Shown: piece by piece, positions 1 through 4,687 of the stretch
Layout: the number at the start of each line of letters is the position of its first letter
Position numbering within the stretch: the stretch's first letter is position 1
Virus record (IMG/VR): IMGVR_UViG_3300013741_000045
Reading direction: 5' to 3' (one strand)
Length of the DNA: 4,687 nt
Source of the DNA: a virus
Lineage: Duplodnaviria; Heunggongvirae; Uroviricota; Caudoviricetes
Position numbers and translations under genes: made by a program
The notes under the pieces: generated by a model
Database searches by the model: none
What the model saw: the letters and a program-made list of their open reading frames with translations, nothing else
What the model was told of the DNA's origin: nothing

Positions 1-617
1 TGCTGTTTGTCTTTTTTCACGCCACAGCGGGGATCGAGCTGTAACGCATGGTTGAGATGATTAAGGGCGGAAGCCGGATTGCTTTCACTCAGGACAGCGC
101 CAATCGCTTTATGCAGACGCGCCCGTGACTGGTCCGGCATATCCAGACCGTCTGTCAGCTCCAGCGTCTGCAGCAACAGATCGGCATCAAAGCCGGTAGC
201 GGCAAGCATTGCGCTCTGCGCTGCATCTGCCATTTCCTCTGCCAGCACGGTCTGCACGTTGCGGTTACCCAGAGGCATCACCCAGCCATGACGCAGGGCA
301 TGACGCCCGATCTCCAGCGCCCCGGCATAATCTCCGGCATCAATGCGCCACAGCATCACGTACATCAGCACGTCATCCTGTTGAGCGCCTCCGGCAGCCA
401 GGACGCCCTCCGCCCAGGCGGCATATTTCGGCAGCAGCTCCACCTTTATTTCCGCTTTTTTCACCGTGGACTGAACGCCCTTGAGACGGCGGCGGTCTTC
501 CGCCAGCTGCAGCAGCATCAGGTCATAGCCCGACGCGTGGCGAACACTGCCGCCCTCACGGGCGGCCTGTTCAGCCTGAACGCGCAGGCGATGCTGCCGT
601 GCGGGACTCAGGCTCAT
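1..617 (-). CDS. Terminase small (endonuclease) subunit, P2 gpM-like; partial, 3' end beyond the left window edge
   Basis: Hand translation of the minus strand from ATG at 617..615 gives 205 codons with no stop down to position 1 (MSLSPARQHRLRVQAEQAAREGG...DDVLMYVMLWRIDAGDYAGALEIGRHALRHGW...). This resembles P2 gpM as I recall it. It lies 3 nt downstream of the capsid gene stop, with GGAG 8 nt upstream of the ATG, matching the P2 order O-N-M. It is absent from the supplied ORF track because no stop falls inside the window. Confidence 0.85.
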   Translation of the reverse strand, partial: MSLSPARQHRLRVQAEQAAREGGSVRHASGYDLMLLQLAEDRRRLKGVQSTVKKAEIKVELLPKYAAWAEGVLAAGGAQQDDVLMYVMLWRIDAGDYAGALEIGRHALRHGWVMPLGNRNVQTVLAEEMADAAQSAMLAATGFDADLLLQTLELTDGLDMPDQSRARLHKAIGAVLSESNPASALNHLNHALQLDPRCGVKKDKQ

Positions 618-620
618 GGT

Positions 621-1679
621 TTACGCTCCGGCTTCTGCTGCGGCGGCGCTGAAATCACCAATCTGGATGTTTTCCACCAGTGCGGCGCAGCGGTAGTCCT
701 CAACCACATAGGCTTCATTAACGGATTCAAAGTTTTCAATCCGGTCACGTTTCGGGTTGTCGATAACTGAACGGCGGCGGGTGTCTTCCTGCCAGTAGAT
801 GGACAAGTTATCCAGACGGGTGATCAGCAGTGCATTCGGCGGGAAGAACGGCGCACGCACGGCCTGCAGGCCACCCATGCGTTTCTGACTGATGATCATA
901 TCGGCAGCGAGTTTTTCACTGTTTTCCTGCTCTTTGTTGACCAGTGGGAAATACTTGTCAGACAACAGTTCACGACCGCAAATCACCACCAGATCGTCAT
1001 CGTCCTGGTAGACCACGTCGATAAGCTCATTGACGGCATCCATCACCACGGCGTCCAGGTTGGCATATTCGCCACCTTTACCGACTTTCACCGCGCCCGG
1101 TGTGGTTTCACCGCCTGTGGTGGTGCTGCCCATGACGTGATCCGGTGCATCCTCACGGATTTTCTGCAGCCAGCGTTTGTTCACATCCTGCAGCAGCGGG
1201 TTTTCACTACGGTTGGAGGTTTTCGCACGCTTCACGCCGTTAAAGCCGATCATGATGCGGTCCAGTGCCTGACGTTTCACGATGGCGTCACGGATACGCA
1301 CCTGGAAATCCTGAAATTTCGCCCACAGGTCCAGCTTCGCGTAGGTCAGCACCGTGTCAAAGTTGGTCTGCTCGCATTTGTATTCCACATCGACCATCAG
1401 CGTCGGATCGACAGGTTCACGCTCTTTCGCGGTGGTATCAGTGGTTCCGGCAATGGTGCTGCCAACACCCAACCCCAGCAGCTGACCGGACTGCTCAGTC
1501 ACTGGCGTGACGTTAATCAGCGACAGGAAAGCGGCGGACTGCTGGATCTGGTCTTCCAGCGTCTGCTGTACAGACGGCTCCACGGTGAACTTGCTGGACA
1601 GTTCTTCAACTGCCACACCGTTCAGACGCGCCAGCTGCTGCAGGTAAGCGTTAAAAGCAAAGCGGGTATTCTTCTTCAT
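621..1679 (-). CDS. Major capsid protein, P2 gpN-like (352 aa)
   Basis: Complete ORF in the supplied track (MKKNTRFAFNAYLQQLARLNGV...KLDLWAKFQDFQVRIRDAIVKRQ...LAADMIISQKRMG...). Length and sequence resemble P2 gpN (about 357 aa) as recalled. It sits between the scaffold and terminase small subunit genes as in P2, with GGAG 11 nt upstream of the ATG. Confidence 0.93.
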   Translation of the reverse strand: MKKNTRFAFNAYLQQLARLNGVAVEELSSKFTVEPSVQQTLEDQIQQSAAFLSLINVTPVTEQSGQLLGLGVGSTIAGTTDTTAKEREPVDPTLMVDVEYKCEQTNFDTVLTYAKLDLWAKFQDFQVRIRDAIVKRQALDRIMIGFNGVKRAKTSNRSENPLLQDVNKRWLQKIREDAPDHVMGSTTTGGETTPGAVKVGKGGEYANLDAVVMDAVNELIDVVYQDDDDLVVICGRELLSDKYFPLVNKEQENSEKLAADMIISQKRMGGLQAVRAPFFPPNALLITRLDNLSIYWQEDTRRRSVIDNPKRDRIENFESVNEAYVVEDYRCAALVENIQIGDFSAAAAEAGA

Positions 1680-1695
1680 CGGGTTTTGTGCTCCA

Positions 1696-2529
1696 TCAGC
1701 AATTGGTCAGAGTGTCAGCGGGGGCGTTACCGCCTGTTGCACGCTGGCGGTAGTCCTGGCGGCTGTCTTCATGACTCAGCTTGTCCACCAGTTCGTTAAA
1801 GGCGGTTTGCTGTGCCTGCAGGGCAGTCTCCAGCTCAGACAGGCGTTCTTCCTGCTCAGACAGGGATTTTTCGGTGCGTGCGCTCAGGTTTTGCTGCTCA
1901 GTGGCGACCAGCTCCACGGCCTTATGCACATCAGAGAACCGGGCGTCATCGGACTGCTCTTTTTTGGTGAACAGCGCCGTGACACGGGCAAACAGGGACG
2001 GTTTGTCATCCTGGATTTCTTCCAGTTCGATCACCGTTTCCTCTGCAGCGGTAAAGAGATTGGCAGGATTCTGCTTGCGGTTTGCCAGCGGGTTATGGGC
2101 TGCACTGGCGCTGAATGTCAGCATTTCAGTGCCCAGACTGGCAGGGTCATCAGTGGCAGCCAGGCCGACCAGGTAGGCTTTGCCCGTATCAGCGAACTTC
2201 GGGCTGACTTCCATAGAGGTGAATAATTTCTGGCCTTTTTTCACCAGTTCCACCAGGGACTCCGTTGGCTCAACGTCGGCATACAGCGCCATCTTGCCTG
2301 CCAGCGGACCTTCCGTGATTTCTTCAGCAAACAGCGCCGTCACCTTGCCGTAGCGGTTAAAGGTGCTGTCCGGCAGATAAGACTTGATGTGCTCAAGGTT
2401 AATCAGCGCGGTATACACCGCCGGGTTGTAGCTGGCTGCCATCTGTTCCAGCCATTCACGCTGGATTTCGCGTCCGTCGGTGGTGGCACCTTCCACCCCG
2501 ATGCGAAAACGCTTTGCTTTCACTGTCAT
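1696..2529 (-). CDS. Capsid scaffolding protein with N-terminal protease domain, P2 gpO-like (277 aa)
   Basis: Complete ORF in the supplied track (MTVKAKRFRIGVEGATTDGREI...INLEH...LFTSMEV...YLVGLAATDDPASLGTE...ATGGNAPADTLTNC). N-terminal and C-terminal motifs match P2 gpO (about 284 aa) as recalled. GGAG lies 8 nt upstream of the ATG, and the gene is first in the leftward O-N-M series. Confidence 0.93.
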   Translation of the reverse strand: MTVKAKRFRIGVEGATTDGREIQREWLEQMAASYNPAVYTALINLEHIKSYLPDSTFNRYGKVTALFAEEITEGPLAGKMALYADVEPTESLVELVKKGQKLFTSMEVSPKFADTGKAYLVGLAATDDPASLGTEMLTFSASAAHNPLANRKQNPANLFTAAEETVIELEEIQDDKPSLFARVTALFTKKEQSDDARFSDVHKAVELVATEQQNLSARTEKSLSEQEERLSELETALQAQQTAFNELVDKLSHEDSRQDYRQRATGGNAPADTLTNC

Positions 2530-2671
2530 GAGCCGTGCTCCGTTAGAAAAAACTTACTGGAGCCTTATGGTTGCGGTGATGGGGGCAGTGAAACAATGCG
2601 CGGTATTTGTACCGACAACCACACAAACCGCAGGCGGGGAAAGCCTTCATTCAAGGCTGTAGGTTTGTGCC
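2530..2671. promoter_or_regulatory. Divergent late-promoter region between the gpO-like and gpP-like genes
   Basis: A 142-bp non-coding gap separates the divergent start codons at 2529 (minus) and 2672 (plus). In P2 the equivalent gap carries the divergent late promoters P_O and P_P. It contains a TGT-N12-ACA dyad at 2608..2625. Confidence 0.6.
2608..2625. promoter_or_regulatory. Ogr/Delta-type activator binding dyad (TGT-N12-ACA)
   Basis: Exact TGT accgacaaccac ACA at 2608..2625. The dyad centre lies about 55-60 bp from a weak -10-like hexamer (CATAAG on the minus strand, 2564..2569) upstream of the scaffold gene, consistent with the -55 activator-site geometry described for P2 late promoters. 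Confidence 0.5.
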
Positions 2672-3400
2672 ATGAACACCACACTGACACCCGCAGATCT
2701 CGATCCCCGTCGGCAGGCCATGCTGCTGTACTTTCAGGGATACCGCGTAGCCCGCATTGCTGAAATGCTGGGCGAGAAAGTTGCAACCGTTCACAGCTGG
2801 AAAAAACGCGACAAGTGGGGTGACTATGGGCCGCTGGATCAGATGCAGCTCACCACCGCCGCACGTTACTGCCTGCTCATTATGAAGGAGCACAAAGAAG
2901 GGAAAGATTTCAAAGAAATTGATCTGCTGGCGCGCCAGTCGGAGCGCCACGCGCGGATCGGCAAGTTTAACAATGGCGGCAACGAAGCCGATTTAAACCC
3001 TAACGTCGCCAACCGCAACAAAGGCCCGCGCCGTCAGCCTGAAAAGAATGTTTTCACCGATGAACAGATTGAGAAGCTGGAAGAAATCTTCCATTCCTCC
3101 ATGTTCAACTACCAGCGTCACTGGTGGGAAGCCGGAAAAACCAACCGCATCCGCAACCTGCTGAAGTCACGCCAGATCGGCGCGACCTTCTATTTTGCCC
3201 GTGAAGCCCTGATTGACGCCCTGCTAACCGGACGTAACCAGATTTTCCTTTCTGCCAGTAAGGCACAGGCGCACGTCTTTAAGCAGTACATCATCGACTT
3301 CGCCAAAGAAGTGGAAGTGGAGCTGAAAGGCGACACTGTATTTCCTCGGCACCAATGCCCGCACTGCCCAGAGTTACCACGGCAACCTGTATCTGGATGA
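2672..3400 (+). CDS. Terminase large subunit, N-terminal fragment (242 aa ORF; last ~20 residues are out-of-frame)
   Basis: ORF in the supplied track: [47 protein letters not shown]...[59 protein letters not shown] resembles the P2 gpP N-terminus as recalled. The tail [21 protein letters not shown] has no family-like sequence. AGG lies 8 nt upstream of the ATG. Confidence 0.8.
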   Translation: MNTTLTPADLDPRRQAMLLYFQGYRVARIAEMLGEKVATVHSWKKRDKWGDYGPLDQMQLTTAARYCLLIMKEHKEGKDFKEIDLLARQSERHARIGKFNNGGNEADLNPNVANRNKGPRRQPEKNVFTDEQIEKLEEIFHSSMFNYQRHWWEAGKTNRIRNLLKSRQIGATFYFAREALIDALLTGRNQIFLSASKAQAHVFKQYIIDFAKEVEVELKGDTVFPRHQCPHCPELPRQPVSG

Positions 3401-4412
3401 ATATTTCTGGATACCGAAATTCCAGGAGCTGCGCAAAGTGGCTTCCGGTATGGCTATTCACAAAAAATGGCGACAAACCTATTTTTCCACGCCATCCAGC
3501 CTGACCCACAGTGCTTATCCGTTCTGGTCCGGTGCGCTGTTCAACCGTGGACGCAACAAAGCCGACAAGGTGGACATCGACCTGTCCCACAGCAATCTGG
3601 CCCCCGGCCTGCTGTGCGCAGACGGGCAATACCGCCAGATAGTCACCGTGGAAGATGCGGTGCGCGGCGGCTGTAACCTGTTCGACCTTGACCAGTTGCG
3701 CATGGAGTACAGCCCGGACGAATACCAGAACCTGCTGATGTGTGAGTTCGTGGACGATCTCGCGTCCGTGTTCCCGCTCAGCGAGCTGCAGGCGTGCATG
3801 GTGGACAGTTGGGAAGTCTGGACCGACTTTCATGCACTGGCCCTGCGCCCATTTGGCTGGCGCGAAGTGTGGATCGGTTATGACCCGGCAAAAGGTACGC
3901 AGAACGGCGACAGCGCCGGATGCGTGGTCATTGCGCCACCGGATGTGCCGGGCGGTAAGTTCCGCATTCTTGAGCGTCACCAGTGGCGCGGAATGGACTT
4001 CCGCGCCCAGGCTGACGCCATCAAAAAACTGACCGAACAGTATAACGTGACCTATATCGGCATCGACTCGACCGGCGTCGGTCACGGGGTTTACGAGAAC
4101 GTGAAAGCGTTTTTTCCTGCCGTCCGGGAGTTTGTCTACAACCCCAACGTTAAAAACGCCCTGGTACTCAAGGCCTACGACATTATCAGTCACCGCCGCC
4201 TGGAATTTGACGCCGGACACACCGACATTGCGCAGTCATTCATGGCAATCCGTCGCGCCACCACAGCCAGCGGCAACCGCCCGACCTATGAAGCCAGTCG
4301 CAGCGAAGAAGCCAGCCATGCCGATCTGGCCTGGGCAACAATGCACGCACTGTTTAACGAACCGCTGCAGGGCGAGTCCGCCAATGCCAGCAATATTGTG
4401 GAGATTTTTTGA
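3327..4412 (+). CDS. Terminase large subunit, C-terminal fragment (frame open from 3327; track ORF begins at GTG 3438)
   Basis: The second frame reads [69 protein letters not shown]...[22 protein letters not shown]...[28 protein letters not shown], resembling the central and C-terminal parts of P2 gpP. Its stop overlaps the portal gene start. Confidence 0.8.
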   Translation, partial: KATLYFLGTNARTAQSYHGNLYLDEYFWIPKFQELRKVASGMAIHKKWRQTYFSTPSSLTHSAYPFWSGALFNRGRNKADKVDIDLSHSNLAPGLLCADGQYRQIVTVEDAVRGGCNLFDLDQLRMEYSPDEYQNLLMCEFVDDLASVFPLSELQACMVDSWEVWTDFHALALRPFGWREVWIGYDPAKGTQNGDSAGCVVIAPPDVPGGKFRILERHQWRGMDFRAQADAIKKLTEQYNVTYIGIDSTGVGHGVYENVKAFFPAVREFVYNPNVKNALVLKAYDIISHRRLEFDAGHTDIAQSFMAIRRATTASGNRPTYEASRSEEASHADLAWATMHALFNEPLQGESANASNIVEIF

Positions 4413-4687
4413 TGGGAAAGAGTAAGAAGAACCGCGCTGCGTCGACGAACCAGAACCAGCATAAAAGCCAGACTTCAGCCGAAGCATTCAGCTTCGGTGA
4501 TCCCGTTCCTGTTCTTGACCGCCGCGAACTGCTGGACTATGTGGAATGCGTACAGATGGATCGCTGGTATGAGCCGCCCGTCAGCTTTGACGGACTGGCA
4601 CGAACCTTCCGCGCCGCCGTGCATCACAGCTCACCGATTGCGGTGAAATGCAACATTTTGACCAGCACCTACATCCCTCACCCGCTG
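4412..4687 (+). CDS. Portal protein, P2 gpQ-like; partial, 3' end beyond the right window edge
   Basis: ATG at 4412 overlaps the terminase stop by 1 nt (TGATG), with GGAG 8 nt upstream. Hand translation gives 92 codons with no stop to the window end ([92 protein letters not shown]), resembling the P2 gpQ N-terminus. It is absent from the supplied track because no stop falls inside the window. Confidence 0.85.
   Translation, partial: MGKSKKNRAASTNQNQHKSQTSAEAFSFGDPVPVLDRRELLDYVECVQMDRWYEPPVSFDGLARTFRAAVHHSSPIAVKCNILTSTYIPHPL

Larger units (their letters stand above)
2672..4412 (+). pseudogene. Terminase large (ATPase) subunit, P2 gpP-like, reading frame interrupted near 3327..3400
   Basis: Terminase-like sequence runs in one frame from ATG 2672 to TGA 3398..3400, then resumes in the +1 frame, which is open from 3327 to TGA 4410..4412. 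Family-typical sequence ([51 protein letters not shown]...) only appears in the second frame. The two parts sum to about 581 aa against about 590 aa for P2 gpP. Confidence 0.7.

Noticed and set aside
79-770. Plus-strand ORFs 79..291, 209..484 and 288..770
   Set aside because: All lie antisense to the terminase small subunit and capsid genes. The minus-strand frame gives a continuous terminase-small-subunit-like translation, so these are shadow ORFs.
1137-1799. 220-aa plus-strand ORF (and nested 81-aa ORF 1265..1510)
   Set aside because: Antisense to the major capsid and scaffold genes; a shadow ORF with low-complexity, Arg/Gly-rich translation.
1771-2226. Plus-strand ORFs 1771..2226 and 1781..2176
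   Set aside because: Antisense to the scaffold gene. Translations are Cys/Ser/Arg-rich low-complexity artefacts.
2666-2683. Second exact TGT-N12-ACA match
   Set aside because: It overlaps the terminase start codon and the first coding codons, so it cannot sit at -55 of a promoter driving that gene. Probably a chance occurrence of a short motif.
2389-2950. Small ORFs around the intergenic region (2389..2763 +, 2480..2662 +, 2565..2786 -, 2651..2950 -)
   Set aside because: Each overlaps the start of the scaffold or terminase gene or runs antisense to it. None has a convincing ribosome binding site or protein-like composition. The region is better explained as divergent promoters.
3327-3400. 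Programmed ribosomal frameshift as an explanation for the terminase frame break
   Set aside because: No slippery heptamer or downstream structure is evident, and programmed frameshifting is not known for P2-family terminase large subunits. A mutation or sequencing error is the simpler explanation.
3291-4220. 309-aa ORF on the minus strand
   Set aside because: Lies entirely antisense to the terminase large subunit coding sequence, which has a strong family-like translation. Long antisense ORFs are expected in GC-rich coding DNA. No ribosome binding site context and no recognisable protein features.
3742-4487. Plus and minus ORFs 3742..4032, 4132..4425, 4236..4487 and 3467..3676 / 3515..3799
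   Set aside because: Alternative-frame or antisense ORFs inside the terminase and portal coding sequences, with Pro/Arg/Ser-rich translations typical of out-of-frame GC-rich DNA.
1-4687. Novel defence, toxin-antitoxin, CRISPR or mobile-element cargo
   Set aside because: No repeat-spacer arrays, no tRNA-like sequence, no transposase or integrase-like ORFs and no unexplained intergenic space. The whole window is accounted for by five syntenic P2-like structural and packaging genes plus one promoter region.

Overview
This window reads as the conserved head-morphogenesis and DNA-packaging core of a P2-like (Peduovirus-type) prophage in a GC-rich enterobacterial background. The minus strand carries, right to left, capsid scaffold/protease (gpO-like, 1696..2529), major capsid protein (gpN-like, 621..1679) and the 5' part of the terminase small/endonuclease subunit (gpM-like, 1..617, running off the left edge). 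The plus strand carries the terminase large/ATPase subunit (gpP-like, 2672..4412) and the start of the portal protein (gpQ-like, 4412..4687, running off the right edge). The two gene sets diverge from a 142-bp intergenic region (2530..2671) holding a perfect TGT-N12-ACA dyad, the signature of Ogr/Delta-activated P2 late promoters. The main anomaly is that the terminase large subunit reading frame is broken near 3327..3400, so it is either a pseudogene in a defective prophage or an assembly error. I see no tRNA, CRISPR array, transposase or defence-type cargo gene; every long ORF not listed as a feature is an antisense shadow of a phage structural gene. I therefore find no evidence for a novel system inside this window. 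Protein-family assignments rest on my recall of P2 protein sequences and gene order, not on a database search.
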